A program made the position numbers and the translations under genes. Below the pieces are notes generated by a model. The model saw only the letters and a list, made by a program, of their open reading frames with translations. It did no database searches and was not told the DNA's origin. A DNA stretch of 64,000 nt from a virus (Duplodnaviria; Caudoviricetes), in IMG/VR virus record IMGVR_UViG_2595698952_000001, positions 128,001-192,000 of that record, one strand, 5' to 3'. Below, in pieces: positions 21,225-32,633 of the stretch; position 1 is the stretch's first letter; each line of letters opens with the position of its first letter.

Positions 21225-21710
21225 ATGACTGTTAAAGTAACCTCAATCAAAGAACTGAACTCCATCATCGAAAGCATCGACGGCCCAACCGTGGTACTGA
21301 ACGAAGACCTGTCGCTCAAAGCTGAGCCGCTCATGGACATCTACGTCGATACCCTCCCGGTGGTGAAGGTCGGTGAGACTGATTATCGCTTTACGCTGGA
21401 CGACGCCAATGCGCTGCGTCAGCATGACGCAAACTTCCTCGAAGCGTTCGGCGGTATCGCCAGCGGTGTGATCGTTGACCGTGCGAAAGCCGACAGCGAC
21501 ATCGGCGCACTCGACCTGAAACTGGACATCGGTAACGCGTCCTTCTCAACCGTGTTCGCTCGCCCAACCGGTGATGAGCCAACCAAGAAAGAGTGGGAAG
21601 CCTCCATCGGCTTCGGCTATGGTGTGCCGAAGTCTAAAGCGCTGGAAGGCAAACTGCGTAAAGGCTTCGCGGCCGCCATGATGGCAAGCGATGAGGAAGA
21701 CGAAGAGTAA
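21225..21710 (+). CDS. hypothetical protein with acidic C-terminus
   Basis: AAGGA RBS + ATG 21225; ends DEEDEE. Confidence 0.7.
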   Translation: MTVKVTSIKELNSIIESIDGPTVVLNEDLSLKAEPLMDIYVDTLPVVKVGETDYRFTLDDANALRQHDANFLEAFGGIASGVIVDRAKADSDIGALDLKLDIGNASFSTVFARPTGDEPTKKEWEASIGFGYGVPKSKALEGKLRKGFAAAMMASDEEDEE

Positions 21711-21777
21711 TCTTCGTTTCCTTAACAAATTGAGATGGTCTTATGACCATCTCTTTTTTTTGATCCTGGAGTAAAGA

Positions 21778-22365
21778 ATGCCTAGAGAAGAACTCTTTAG
21801 CGGCGGAGCACTCAGTGCACGGGAAGCCCCCGAGCGCACCACCATGCGCAGTGCCATGAACCGCGATGAGGTTATCCAGCGTCTGAACCAAATCGGTGAC
21901 GTGTTTACCCTCTCCCTGCGTACCGTAACCGATGACACGGCGTTTGAGAATACCGCAGGGTTTGCTGCGGAGATGATTCCCCACACCGTCAACGGCTACC
22001 AACGTTTCTTAGACGACATCACTAAGTCTGCGGCAGGACGTGTGATTGCCGGTTTCGTGATTCGCTTTAAGCAGCTGTTGTTGATTGAGTTCGGCGAGTA
22101 TGTGATTGCTTCGCTGGAAAATGAACTGGTGACGCTGTCGCCTAACGACATCATTGCTGCTGAGAAAGGCGAAGGCCACAACGAAACCACGCTGTGGAAA
22201 ATCGCGCACCCAGACAATCCCGATCTCGCACCCCCGTCTGAATACGACCTGCTGACCTCTTTCCTGCTCCTGATGCAGATGAAGAACCTCATCATCCGGG
22301 CCGGTGCCCAACAGCAGATGCAGCAAGATGAAAAAGACGCTGCGCACCAAGGGCGAAAAAAATAA
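21778..22365 (+). CDS. hypothetical protein
   Basis: GGAG RBS, 195 aa, TATG upstream. Confidence 0.7.
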   Translation: MPREELFSGGALSAREAPERTTMRSAMNRDEVIQRLNQIGDVFTLSLRTVTDDTAFENTAGFAAEMIPHTVNGYQRFLDDITKSAAGRVIAGFVIRFKQLLLIEFGEYVIASLENELVTLSPNDIIAAEKGEGHNETTLWKIAHPDNPDLAPPSEYDLLTSFLLLMQMKNLIIRAGAQQQMQQDEKDAAHQGRKK

Positions 22366-22411
22366 AACGTACCTCACTCCCGCAAAGGAGTGAGGCGCGC
22401 TTCTTTTTTTT
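22356..22411. terminator. bidirectional terminator between convergent genes
   Basis: A-tract, CCTCACTCC-CGCAAA-GGAGTGAGG stem, T-tract. Confidence 0.75.
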
Positions 22412-22413
22412 GC

Positions 22414-23292
22414 TTAGCCGCGGAGCTGCTGAGCCATCTGCTCGTCAGAGACAGAACGGTAACCGCCCGCCGTCGCATCGACGTCAGGGTTGATACCATC
22501 AGTCTGCTGAGACGGAGTCAGCCACAGTTTACGCTCGTATGGACGCAGACCGTACAGCTTCATGCGTTCCAGTTCCTTCTGAGCTGCCTGCATCGGGCCC
22601 CAACCTGTCCATTGCTGGGAGGTAAAGGTGATGGACAGTTCGTTGGTCTGAGGACCGGTGTTCGGATCACGTTCACCGATGTCCTGACCAGAAGTTTCTG
22701 GAGACATATTGGTCAGCCACCAGGCGTTCTGTGCTTTACGCTGATACGCATCTGGTTCGAAGTACAGCACAGTCATGCTGTACATGTCCGGCAGGTGGTC
22801 TGGCACGTTCGGGTTGATTGCCGCAAGACCTGGGTGACCAGTTTGCGGGTCACAGACCCCGTACACGAGCCACGCCCAAAGCATGTTCTGATACACCTTG
22901 CCGAGTTTATCCGGCGTAGTGTGCGTTACGGAAGACAGTGCTTCGGTAACCAGACCAGCTTCATACTGCACGCGGTTGTTACGACCCTGTTGGGTCTGCA
23001 CGTACTCTGCGCTCAGGGTTTTATCCAAACCAGTAATCGTGGAGTGAACCTCGATGAAAGATTTGATAGCCTGACGCCACAGCTGCGGGTTCGGCATGTA
23101 ATCCACCCAACGAGGGAATTCCATGACACGCGCAATGACGTTACGACGCAGACGACTGGCGTTCGTAACGAATTTACCAACCTGTCCAACCGGGCCTTGT
23201 TGGCCCGAGGAGAACGGATTGACCATGTCGTACGAACCACCGTCGACGTGCAGGCCCTGATCAGGCAGAATCAAACGTTCTTTGATAGCCAT
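22414..23292 (-). CDS. tail tube protein (phiKZ gp30-like)
   Basis: 292 aa immediately downstream of the sheath gene; ITGL, YFEPD, AWWLTNMSP motifs. Confidence 0.8.
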   Translation of the reverse strand: MAIKERLILPDQGLHVDGGSYDMVNPFSSGQQGPVGQVGKFVTNASRLRRNVIARVMEFPRWVDYMPNPQLWRQAIKSFIEVHSTITGLDKTLSAEYVQTQQGRNNRVQYEAGLVTEALSSVTHTTPDKLGKVYQNMLWAWLVYGVCDPQTGHPGLAAINPNVPDHLPDMYSMTVLYFEPDAYQRKAQNAWWLTNMSPETSGQDIGERDPNTGPQTNELSITFTSQQWTGWGPMQAAQKELERMKLYGLRPYERKLWLTPSQQTDGINPDVDATAGGYRSVSDEQMAQQLRG

Positions 23293-23295
23293 CTA

Positions 23296-25338
23296 TTAGC
23301 TCTCCCGACGGTAAACTTTGATAGTGGTGTTGAACTGAGTCAGCAACACACCGCCGTAAGCATTCAGATCCAGCGTCACGGAATAACCGTTAGCTTTATC
23401 GTCCGCAGTGAAGTAGGCGCTCGGAGTCACGTCTGCAATATTATCCAGACGACCTTCCAGTCGTTCGGTAATTTTGTTTTCGATCATCTTCGCACGCTCG
23501 TTGTCGGTCATGCGGTTTTCACCAGACATGTCCGCCCACACCCCATCAGACACACGGTATACGTAGGTCATGATGAAGTTGAACAGTGCGTTGTTCAGCA
23601 CCGAACGGTCTTCGCTGTAGATGGACTGAATCGCCGGAATGAACAGACGATAGTAGTCGCGGCTACGGGCAGTGATGAGCGACACATCCCAGTCGGACGC
23701 ATACACTTCATTGCCTTTCCACGGCATACTCAGATCGTACAGATCCTCGATGATCGTTTCTTCACCGCGGCTAAAGCGGGCTGAAGGTTTCGCACGACCC
23801 TCGCCAGCACCGAGATACTTCGAGAAGAAGCTCGCGATACTGTAGTTCATCGGAACCGGCTTCTTGTAGGAAGAGTTACGGATGAACGCGGTCTGACCGG
23901 TCACCATCCCACGCGCCGCAGGCGTACCGTAGTACGAGCTTTCTGGCACAGAGGTGATGAGTTCAATCAGAGCAACTTTGGCACCCTCTTCGGTTTGCAG
24001 GTCATTACGACCCTGGTCGAAGACGTGGGTACACAGAGTCAAGAAGGTGTTACGCGACTTGCCGATGAAGTTCACGCAAGCTTCTTTGGTATCGAACGAG
24101 AAGCCCGAGTCCCAGAAGCAGCCGAGTGAATATTTCAGTTCGTTGTCGTAACGGACTTTCCCGTCTTCTGGGAACAGCAGCATTTCACGACGAACGAGTT
24201 CATCGTACGTGCTGTCGCCCATGGTACCATCGCTACCACCTTGCAGGTAGTGGATGTTAGACGCGGAGAAGACCATTTTGCCGGTTTCGGTCGCAGGGTT
24301 GACCTGCACACCGTCGTACGGCTGACCAATGAGGTCGAGACCGCCAAAGATGTCGACCATGTACGGATCGGCAATATTGACGTTTTGCACAGCAGCCTGT
24401 GCCAGGCCCAGTACGGTTTCGAGGTTGTCACGGTAGATGTGGAACTCTTCGAAAGGACCGTAGTCTGGCAGCCCGCCGACATCCGGCATCGTCTTACGGT
24501 AGCCATCAGGAATGATGACATCGAAGTCGAGCTGGGTGCGCATCGGCAGATAGTATGCATCAGGCTTAAAGCTGAAGTTCATGCTGCTCAGACCGGTGAG
24601 GGTTTTCCACACCACTGGTGAAGTCACACCTTCCAGGGTTTCGAACCACTGGAGTTGGTACATACGGCCACCGACGCTGTTCTGATAAGCAGACGCCATC
24701 GTTGGGCTGGACTTCTCATTGAGCGGAACCATCTTAAACCCAAAGCCATTGACATCTGCACCCGCGTACGGGCCCTGGATGTCGAACAGTGGGTAAAGCT
24801 TGGATTTGGTACCGCCGTCGCCGGTCATGGTACCATCGGTCACTACACCCGCTTTGAAAGCAGGGGTCGTGCTATCGATGATAACAGAACGGAACACAAC
24901 GACGATACCGTCAACCTGCTCTTTGACCTTGGGCTTGCCAGTCGCATCATACTGGACAATCCCGTTAATGCGTTCGTACGCCGGAACTTTCGTTTCGAGT
25001 ACATCTGCAAACACACGGATCGCTGCGGTTTTCGCATCGTCCGGTACCAGACGCTGATACATACACTCGTTGCCGTTGGCGTTAAACATTGCCTGATAAG
25101 GCGTGTTGAACGTCGCATACGGGCCACGCAGGTCAAAGATACTACGACCAAGCAGAGACAGTGCATTATCCCCGGTTAACGGGAACGCCTCGTTGTCTAC
25201 CCCGCGCGCGGCAAAGGTGAAGATCAGCGGCTTATGAATCGGATCGCCGGTGGCGGTCCGTACAAGCGGAAGAACAGAATTATCCTGCCAACCTTGCTTG
25301 TTATTCAACGGCGCGCCGTTTCGTGGAATAAAAGTCAT
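23296..25338 (-). CDS. contractile tail sheath protein (phiKZ gp29-like)
   Basis: 680 aa; YLQGGSDGT and FWDSGF motifs; divergent from the baseplate/terminase operon. Confidence 0.85.
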   Translation of the reverse strand: MTFIPRNGAPLNNKQGWQDNSVLPLVRTATGDPIHKPLIFTFAARGVDNEAFPLTGDNALSLLGRSIFDLRGPYATFNTPYQAMFNANGNECMYQRLVPDDAKTAAIRVFADVLETKVPAYERINGIVQYDATGKPKVKEQVDGIVVVFRSVIIDSTTPAFKAGVVTDGTMTGDGGTKSKLYPLFDIQGPYAGADVNGFGFKMVPLNEKSSPTMASAYQNSVGGRMYQLQWFETLEGVTSPVVWKTLTGLSSMNFSFKPDAYYLPMRTQLDFDVIIPDGYRKTMPDVGGLPDYGPFEEFHIYRDNLETVLGLAQAAVQNVNIADPYMVDIFGGLDLIGQPYDGVQVNPATETGKMVFSASNIHYLQGGSDGTMGDSTYDELVRREMLLFPEDGKVRYDNELKYSLGCFWDSGFSFDTKEACVNFIGKSRNTFLTLCTHVFDQGRNDLQTEEGAKVALIELITSVPESSYYGTPAARGMVTGQTAFIRNSSYKKPVPMNYSIASFFSKYLGAGEGRAKPSARFSRGEETIIEDLYDLSMPWKGNEVYASDWDVSLITARSRDYYRLFIPAIQSIYSEDRSVLNNALFNFIMTYVYRVSDGVWADMSGENRMTDNERAKMIENKITERLEGRLDNIADVTPSAYFTADDKANGYSVTLDLNAYGGVLLTQFNTTIKVYRRES

Positions 25339-25396
25339 GGAACGTCTCCATAATTCGTCTTAAAAGACCTGTGGGTCATACTAAGGTATCAATCTC

Positions 25397-26305
25397 ATGG
25401 CACTCGAAAACGCTTACAGCGGCAATCCCTTTAGCAGCCTTGACCTGACACGCATCAAAGCTGACCTGGAACTGGCCCGTTCACTCAATCAAACCAGACC
25501 GCAGTCTGACGAAGTTCACTACGTTATTGAAACTGCCGATGTAAAACCGTTTCCTCTGCCGATTGTGATCGGCGACGACGTGTATGTTGACGCACGCACG
25601 TTTACCACGCTGGACAAATCCAACGAGCTAAAAATTCGTAACCTGACTGAGCACGCACTGCGACTCGACCAGGCACGTTGGGAATTAGTGTGGAAACGGA
25701 ATGGCGGAAAGCTGGGTGCACTGATGTCCCAGATGTATTATCACCATGAGATTTTCAGTAAATGGGTGACCGATGCCATCGACCACGCAAATACACTCGC
25801 TCCATATCAAAGCGCACAAGTCAAAGCACTGGCCGCGCTTTTCTCTGTGGGGCAGTTCTACAACAACTTCGAAGACGAAGTAAAAGCACTGCGGATGCAG
25901 CAAATGTTGGAGAACGAACTGGGTATTGCGAGTGAAGTGTTTGAATCGGTAACGGGACATACTGATTACTTATTCCCCCGCAACATCAGCGAATTCGTTG
26001 AGATGGTGAAACAGGCTGACATCAGTTCCCGCCTGAAAGACCTGAGTGTGGTCAGCCTGCAAGCCATGCTCTCGGCAAGCTTTGGCCCGTTCGTCAGCTA
26101 CGACCGCCAGTTGGCGACCAGCGCGATCGAATACCCGCCAACGCTGTTCTGCATGACCAAAGCGTGTCTGGACAACAACATGTTTAACCGTTTCCGTTTC
26201 GGTGGCATGGTGAAGAAAACCGACGCAGCGAAAAAGAAAGACAAGTTCGAAGGTACTTTCAACACGCTGATGAACCAGTACACTAAACCCCTGAACACAA
26301 AGTAA
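25397..26305 (+). CDS. virion structural protein (phiKZ gp28-like)
   Basis: 302 aa; synteny sheath - three structural genes - terminase. Confidence 0.6.
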   Translation: MALENAYSGNPFSSLDLTRIKADLELARSLNQTRPQSDEVHYVIETADVKPFPLPIVIGDDVYVDARTFTTLDKSNELKIRNLTEHALRLDQARWELVWKRNGGKLGALMSQMYYHHEIFSKWVTDAIDHANTLAPYQSAQVKALAALFSVGQFYNNFEDEVKALRMQQMLENELGIASEVFESVTGHTDYLFPRNISEFVEMVKQADISSRLKDLSVVSLQAMLSASFGPFVSYDRQLATSAIEYPPTLFCMTKACLDNNMFNRFRFGGMVKKTDAAKKKDKFEGTFNTLMNQYTKPLNTK

Positions 26306-26315
26306 GAGGCCCACT

Positions 26316-28835
26316 ATGGAGAACTGGCTGGTCGCCCACGCCGTTAAGAATGCGTGGCAGCGTCCGTACCTCGACGGGGAGTTGAACATCGCTCCCTTCC
26401 GACTCTCTCCGCAAACCGGGGCGATCGGCTTTTTCAAACACGGTCGGCTTCCTGTCCCCCTCCCAAAAGAGGGGAGTTGGTGGCACGCGTATGTGATTGA
26501 CAAACTGCACCTGAATTGGGGCAACCTGGCGATTCCGGTAAACCGCTGGAAGAAACTGTCGACCTGTGTAAACGGGTTCAGTACCTGGATGCAAGTATAC
26601 AACGAAGACGGTACGATTATTCCAGCCGACTCGGTATACTTCTGGCGTACCATCGCCGGACAGATTTACATGGCGATTCCCCAGACCGATCGCTATAAGT
26701 GGTTGGATACGGAACCGTGTTATCTGCGCATCTATGCTGGTTACAATGGTGGCAACAATGCCCCGGTGATTAAACCCACTTTCACGGAGTATTACGCCCC
26801 GCCGAATCCGCAACAGATTCAGGTGGTGCTCGATCGCTACAACTTACTGAAAACCCAAAACGTGGGCTACGTTGACATGTGGGTTAACGGTAAGATGGTT
26901 CTGAACCCAACCACCTCGAGCATGAAGTCGTGGGACGATGTGGATGTGCGAGTTGATGGGCGCGCGCGCCGAGTGATTGATTACCGCTGTGGGGATTTGC
27001 CAACGTTTTATTCCGATTTGGATAAGACCCGTAAATACCTGCTGCACATCCCGAAGAAAGACGGTCAATGGATTTTCAACGATGACGTTGAGATTCAGTT
27101 GCTGTGGAAAGGGGAAGGGCGGTATTACCACCTGCACCGCCAGCAGGCAGTACGTCAGTTAACCTGGAACGATTTGGCGATTCCTACGGAGCGCATTTCG
27201 AAATACCGCAACACGTTCAGTAACCCGTTAAACGACATCGACGAATTAACCATTCGCTTGATTATCCGTGACGACTACCTGGACTTGGCCCCGCTGTATA
27301 ACTCTTCCCACACGCATGACCTGTACCGTCTGACCGATGAGTTAATCATCGATGCGATGGTCGGGGCCAATGCGAACGTGGCCGAATGGCAAGCCGCCAA
27401 TTTGGAGAAGTCTGCGGCCAACCGTTTAGCGGCAGCGAAGTTACGGAACATTACCCGTGACCTGGCGACGGATGCGTACGGGTATAATGCGGTGTCGTTG
27501 TATGCCGCGGATACGCCGCAGCGGTTAGTGGCGCAACCCGGTGGGTCATTACAGGGTGTTCTGCCCGACCACCTTGCAGCACTCTCAACCGTGTACGAGT
27601 ATGACGCGGACGGTGTTCTGCTCGAGAAGCACGCGAACAAAGGGTACGACATTTACATTGCTCGTAACCCGCAAGCCCGTATCATCGAAGCCATTGCCTC
27701 GGATGCCTCGGATGCGGTACACATCGTTGACAATGCCCCAGACTTCGAAATCGAAGAGGGTATGAATGTGAATCTGTGGATTCGTATTCTGAAAAACGAA
27801 GTACCGACCGATGACTATTACCAGGCCGTGGAAGACGAAGATTACCAACGCAAAGACAACCAGATTACCTGGACAGTCGATCGCACACGTCGTCATCCGA
27901 CGGTGATTTACGATGACAAGCATCTCTTCTTTGAAGTTGATGTGAATGTCAGCGAAGGGCAGATTCGTGTGCCGATTGTGGCGCGTAACCAATCCGGGCA
28001 ACAGCGTACTTTGTGGATTCCGATGGAATCGATTGAAGTGTGGCTGAACGGTCACCCGCTGGTGCACTCCATTGACTTTGTGGCTATTTGGCCTGAGGTC
28101 GTGGTGACGTGTAAAGCCTGGATGAGTGACACCGACACTAACCGCGTGGCAGTACGCTGTCGCGGTGTGACGGGATTAATGCGGGTGCCGAAGTGTGGGT
28201 TTGTCTCCAGTGGGTTACTGTCCAACAACAGCCAATACGACTGCCGTGATGACAAAGTGATTCGCGTAATTGGGGGCGGGTCGCTGTTACTGCGGGACGA
28301 GGTTATCTTCCGCGAAGACAATGCCATTGGTACCGACATCGTGGCTGACGGGTTCCCGTACTCTGTCGCTGACCCAACGATTCCCCTGCGCACGTTAATC
28401 AGCGGGGACTTGTACGCCCTGCGTGATGCTGCCCGTGACCTGGATGACCGTGTTGAAGCGTACCTGACCAACTGGTTCCCAACACCACCGCCGGTAAACC
28501 CGGTGCCGTTGCCTGGCCGGTATCATTTGTACTCGCCGACACTGAACAAAATCCTCTGGGATTACCTCAATGGGATTTTGATTCTGAAAGAGGACGACCC
28601 GGAATACCGTATCTCCACAACCCAACTTGACGACATCATGGAGCGTTACAAAGACCTCCTGAATTTCGACCCGGCGTATATCGGGTACGACAAAGCGTTT
28701 GTGAAACTGCATCCGCACGTTAAGTACGAAGTGGTGGAAGTGAACGAGTTAGGCTTTGCCTTCTTGGATCGCGTGAACCAACGCTATCTGAATGGCGAGG
28801 TGCAGCTTAACCAGTATCTGAAAATCAAGGGTTAA
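26316..28835 (+). CDS. virion structural/baseplate protein (phiKZ gp27-like)
   Basis: 839 aa; N-terminal HAVKNAWQRP; synteny. Confidence 0.65.
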   Translation: MENWLVAHAVKNAWQRPYLDGELNIAPFRLSPQTGAIGFFKHGRLPVPLPKEGSWWHAYVIDKLHLNWGNLAIPVNRWKKLSTCVNGFSTWMQVYNEDGTIIPADSVYFWRTIAGQIYMAIPQTDRYKWLDTEPCYLRIYAGYNGGNNAPVIKPTFTEYYAPPNPQQIQVVLDRYNLLKTQNVGYVDMWVNGKMVLNPTTSSMKSWDDVDVRVDGRARRVIDYRCGDLPTFYSDLDKTRKYLLHIPKKDGQWIFNDDVEIQLLWKGEGRYYHLHRQQAVRQLTWNDLAIPTERISKYRNTFSNPLNDIDELTIRLIIRDDYLDLAPLYNSSHTHDLYRLTDELIIDAMVGANANVAEWQAANLEKSAANRLAAAKLRNITRDLATDAYGYNAVSLYAADTPQRLVAQPGGSLQGVLPDHLAALSTVYEYDADGVLLEKHANKGYDIYIARNPQARIIEAIASDASDAVHIVDNAPDFEIEEGMNVNLWIRILKNEVPTDDYYQAVEDEDYQRKDNQITWTVDRTRRHPTVIYDDKHLFFEVDVNVSEGQIRVPIVARNQSGQQRTLWIPMESIEVWLNGHPLVHSIDFVAIWPEVVVTCKAWMSDTDTNRVAVRCRGVTGLMRVPKCGFVSSGLLSNNSQYDCRDDKVIRVIGGGSLLLRDEVIFREDNAIGTDIVADGFPYSVADPTIPLRTLISGDLYALRDAARDLDDRVEAYLTNWFPTPPPVNPVPLPGRYHLYSPTLNKILWDYLNGILILKEDDPEYRISTTQLDDIMERYKDLLNFDPAYIGYDKAFVKLHPHVKYEVVEVNELGFAFLDRVNQRYLNGEVQLNQYLKIKG

Positions 28836-28837
28836 TC

Positions 28838-30481
28838 ATGGCCAAGATTGCTACCAAATTAATCGACAAGGATCGCGGGTTCGAAGTGTGGGACCCGAGT
28901 GAATTGTATCAAACGGGGAAACCCACGGGGTATGTGCCAAACCCGAAAGACCTTATCATCAACGAAATCACCAGTGGTTTCGATCGGGTGGTCAGCACCA
29001 ACTATGCCGTACCCAGTTGGGAAGTTGAACCGTTCGGGGGTGTGGGTGTGGCAAACCAGGATGGCCGGTTAAACGGCCACTATGCGCTGCGTTCTGACAA
29101 ATACCGTGTGTACGTTGACAGCTCTAAGTTGCCTGCGACCATGGTAATTGACGATGCGGTGTCCTGGGATGGCCCAGACATCGATGGGGTACGTATCTTG
29201 CGTGGCTCCAGCGTGTCGGATGCCGCAGAGATTCTCTCGGGCTTCTACAAAGACGGTAAACTGAAATACACCTACCTGCCAACCCAAACCATTTCGGTGG
29301 AAGGGGCGGACACGGTGGTGAAGAAAGCTTTACCGGGCAGTTGTCTGGCAGAAGTCAGCAACGGTGAAGAGTGCATGTTCATCGTGTATTCCGATGTCGG
29401 AAACGTGGTGCAGATTGCCCACGGTCATATCGTCAAAACCAATTTGGTGATGGCGCAGGAAACCCCGACACGTACCGTCCTCGGTATCAAGTTGATTTCT
29501 CCGTTCCTGGTCGATGACGACGGTACCACCCTGACCCTGCCGATTAACATGCCACTGGATTCGATTCCGCTGTGGTGTGATATTCAGTACAGTGACGGCA
29601 CCAAACGTCTGCCGATTGACCAGGCGCGTGTGAAGTTTAACGGTCTGCGTAACTCCGGTTCGCAAGACACGTTCTACATCTCCTCGAATGCCGGGAACAA
29701 ACTGCCGTGCGTGTTAAGTTACCAACTGGCCAAAGGGGAAACCTACGGCGGAACGGATGTGGTCGGTGACACCATTGTCAAGGACTACACCGCGGTAACT
29801 GAGCAAGTGGACGGGGCGTACTCCATGAAACTGTTCGTGATTCCGCGCTGGCTTGATGCTAACCGTGGCTACCGACTGGACTTCATGTTGTATAACCTGA
29901 CGCGTGGGAAAGTGTACGATGCGACCGCCGCCATCCAATACACCAGTGGGACAACCTTTGACCCGCTGCTGATGGGTGTGAAGCAACGTCTGAATGTGCA
30001 GGTCGATATCTCGAAAGTCGATGCGCAGTTCCGTGCGTTTATTCAGGCACAATCGTTCGCGATTACACTGGTGAACCCAGGTAACGAACTCAACACCAAC
30101 TTCCTGCTGGAATACTTGCCAGATGGCTTGAAATACGGTCAGGAGATTTGGGCTGAGTTTAAATACTCCAACGTCAACTACTCTGAACTCGACGTCAGTG
30201 TGAAAGCTGCATCGAAAGCCGAATGGTTGAAAACGCTGTATGACCCGGTCTACCCGCTGTACGATCGTCGTAACGAATCAGGGCCACTGGAGCCGACCCA
30301 CTTTGAAATCCACGTTGGCGGCAAGGTTTACACCTACACCGTTGATGAATGGATGACGAAGAAGGTTATCGACTACCGTGTGGCACTGGATGCTCCGCTG
30401 GTTATCCGTTGGATTCGTCGCACACCAACCGATACGTTAAACCTTGCGGCCACGCCAATGTTGGCGCACCACATCGAGTAA
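28838..30481 (+). CDS. virion structural protein (phiKZ gp26-like)
   Basis: 547 aa, beta-rich; synteny upstream of terminase. Confidence 0.6.
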   Translation: MAKIATKLIDKDRGFEVWDPSELYQTGKPTGYVPNPKDLIINEITSGFDRVVSTNYAVPSWEVEPFGGVGVANQDGRLNGHYALRSDKYRVYVDSSKLPATMVIDDAVSWDGPDIDGVRILRGSSVSDAAEILSGFYKDGKLKYTYLPTQTISVEGADTVVKKALPGSCLAEVSNGEECMFIVYSDVGNVVQIAHGHIVKTNLVMAQETPTRTVLGIKLISPFLVDDDGTTLTLPINMPLDSIPLWCDIQYSDGTKRLPIDQARVKFNGLRNSGSQDTFYISSNAGNKLPCVLSYQLAKGETYGGTDVVGDTIVKDYTAVTEQVDGAYSMKLFVIPRWLDANRGYRLDFMLYNLTRGKVYDATAAIQYTSGTTFDPLLMGVKQRLNVQVDISKVDAQFRAFIQAQSFAITLVNPGNELNTNFLLEYLPDGLKYGQEIWAEFKYSNVNYSELDVSVKAASKAEWLKTLYDPVYPLYDRRNESGPLEPTHFEIHVGGKVYTYTVDEWMTKKVIDYRVALDAPLVIRWIRRTPTDTLNLAATPMLAHHIE

Positions 30482-30524
30482 AACCACTCCTCCTCTCCTT
30501 CGGGAGAGGAGGTGAGGAGATTGT

Positions 30525-32633
30525 ATGATACTGCGTGAATCTGATTGGGGATACTATCCGGGTTCGTTACCGGATGACACCACACCCAATAAGAGCTTTA
30601 AGAAATTTGCGAGTCTGCTTAACCAGTTAGGCGTGAAACATTACTACGTTCACCTCGCGCTGCACAACCGTGACCTGCTGGGTGTCGACCCGTTCTCACC
30701 AGACTTAACGCTGGAACAGAAAGCGGCAATCATTACCGAGTGTGCTGAGAACCCGTGGTACTTCTTCCGCGAATGTGTGCGGGTACCTGCGGATGGTATG
30801 AAAAACGGTTTACCCTTTCGTATCGACCGCGGTAACTTTTCGATGTACTGGATTTTCTTCAACAACATCGATGCGGCAGTAGAGTTCCTCCGTCAGCACG
30901 GTAAGACAGTCGGGATGTCCGCGCTGCTGTTGTGGCTGATGCGCTTCCTGGAGAACTCCCGTACCATTCTCGTGACCAAAGGCCCGGCCCTGCGTGAAGA
31001 AACCATCAACAAGATGAAACAGCTTCGCAACGGATTACCGGATTACCTGTGGCCACACCATCCGGATGACCCGGATAACCGTGAGACCTTTGCATGTCTC
31101 GCGCAGGGCAACAAACTGATTACCGGTATCGGTCAGAACGATGCAGAATCAGCAAACGGTGTGGGGCGTGGATTAACCGCCGGTCGTCTGTTCGGCGATG
31201 AAGGCCCCTTCACCAAAAACATCCACCACATCTTACCTGCGGCACTGGCATCGGGTACGGCTGCGCGTCGTATCAACGAAGCCGAAGGCGTCCCTTATGG
31301 AAACGTCTTCGCCACTACGCCAGGTGACCTCGCCACGGAAGAAGGCGCGTACATGTACGAGCTAATGACTTCCGGGATTATGTGGGATGAGCGTTACATT
31401 GACATTCCTTCGCGTACCCAGCTGATTGACATTATCCGCAAAGGGTCAACCGCGAAGATTCCACGTATCATGTTCTACGTGAAGTACAACCACCGACAAC
31501 TGGGCACCACCGATGAGGAGCTGGCAGACATGATCGCCAACGCCCCAGGTACCCCTGACCAGATCCGCCGTGACTTCGGTGGGGAATGGACTACCGGTGG
31601 CTTTAACAAACCGTTCTCGGGTGATGACGCGCGTCGCATGAACGCCTCGAGAATGCGTGCCGTGTACAAGGACATTTCTCCGTCCAACTACGTGACCGAC
31701 TGGTATTACACCGAAGAAGAGATGATCACCAAGTTACACGATCGCCACATCATCGGTCTGGATACCTCGGAAGCCGTAGGGCGAGATGCTATCGCAATGT
31801 CGATTGTCAACTCTATGAACGGGGAATACGCTGGGAAGCTCACAGTGAACGAAACCAACGTCATCGGGTTTGCTATTCACCTGGCAGACTTCATGGTGCG
31901 GTATCCGAACACTGTCCTGATTCTGGAACGACGGTCAACGGGTTCTTCGGTCGCGGATGCTATCATCCTGCAATTGCAGTCGAAGGTACCTGACCTCCAC
32001 CGTCGCTTGTATGTGAAAGTGACCCAGGATTATGCCCGTACTCATGAGCTCTACAAAGAGTACCACCGTGGTCCGGTGGGGAGTGCGGAACGCTTCTGGG
32101 ACAAGTTCCGTAAATACATCGGTTTTTCAACCGACCAGGATAAACGCCGTAAGCTGTACGGTGAAGTTTTCACCATGGCGTTACGCCTGACCGCGGACAC
32201 TTTACGGTCTGGTGAATTAATCGACCAAATCCTTAGTCTGGTTGAACGTAACGGTCGTATTGACCATAAAGCGTCCGGGCACGATGACTTGGTTGTCTCT
32301 TGGCTTCTGGCGATGTGGCTGATTCTGTTCGGTAATAACTTAGGCCATTACGGCATAAGCAACAGCCGACTGATGATGCGCAATCGTAATTTGTTGGAGA
32401 ACAAGGGCGACTTTGACGAAGAGGAACAGGTCGAGGAGGAAGAAAAGCAACAAAAACTGATGGGGGAAATCGAGGAGGCTATCCGTTACTCAGCCGGGTT
32501 ATCCGATCCGGTTCAGCAAATGGCAAGTCGCAATCGGTTGCAATCTCTCATTGCCCAACTCAACACTGATACGCGAAATGTCGCGTCGATGGAAAGCTTG
32601 AAAGAGCTTATCCAACGGCAGAGGATGAAGTGA
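30525..32633 (+). CDS. terL: terminase large subunit
   Basis: ECAENPWYFFRE, Walker A RQHGKT, Walker B FGDEGPF, ATTPG, nuclease GLDTSEAVGRD and HDDLV. Confidence 0.92.
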   Translation: MILRESDWGYYPGSLPDDTTPNKSFKKFASLLNQLGVKHYYVHLALHNRDLLGVDPFSPDLTLEQKAAIITECAENPWYFFRECVRVPADGMKNGLPFRIDRGNFSMYWIFFNNIDAAVEFLRQHGKTVGMSALLLWLMRFLENSRTILVTKGPALREETINKMKQLRNGLPDYLWPHHPDDPDNRETFACLAQGNKLITGIGQNDAESANGVGRGLTAGRLFGDEGPFTKNIHHILPAALASGTAARRINEAEGVPYGNVFATTPGDLATEEGAYMYELMTSGIMWDERYIDIPSRTQLIDIIRKGSTAKIPRIMFYVKYNHRQLGTTDEELADMIANAPGTPDQIRRDFGGEWTTGGFNKPFSGDDARRMNASRMRAVYKDISPSNYVTDWYYTEEEMITKLHDRHIIGLDTSEAVGRDAIAMSIVNSMNGEYAGKLTVNETNVIGFAIHLADFMVRYPNTVLILERRSTGSSVADAIILQLQSKVPDLHRRLYVKVTQDYARTHELYKEYHRGPVGSAERFWDKFRKYIGFSTDQDKRRKLYGEVFTMALRLTADTLRSGELIDQILSLVERNGRIDHKASGHDDLVVSWLLAMWLILFGNNLGHYGISNSRLMMRNRNLLENKGDFDEEEQVEEEEKQQKLMGEIEEAIRYSAGLSDPVQQMASRNRLQSLIAQLNTDTRNVASMESLKELIQRQRMK

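Noticed and set aside
22390-23784. 464-aa + strand ORF
   Set aside because: Antisense shadow of the tail tube/sheath genes; no RBS, and composition is typical of reverse-frame read-through
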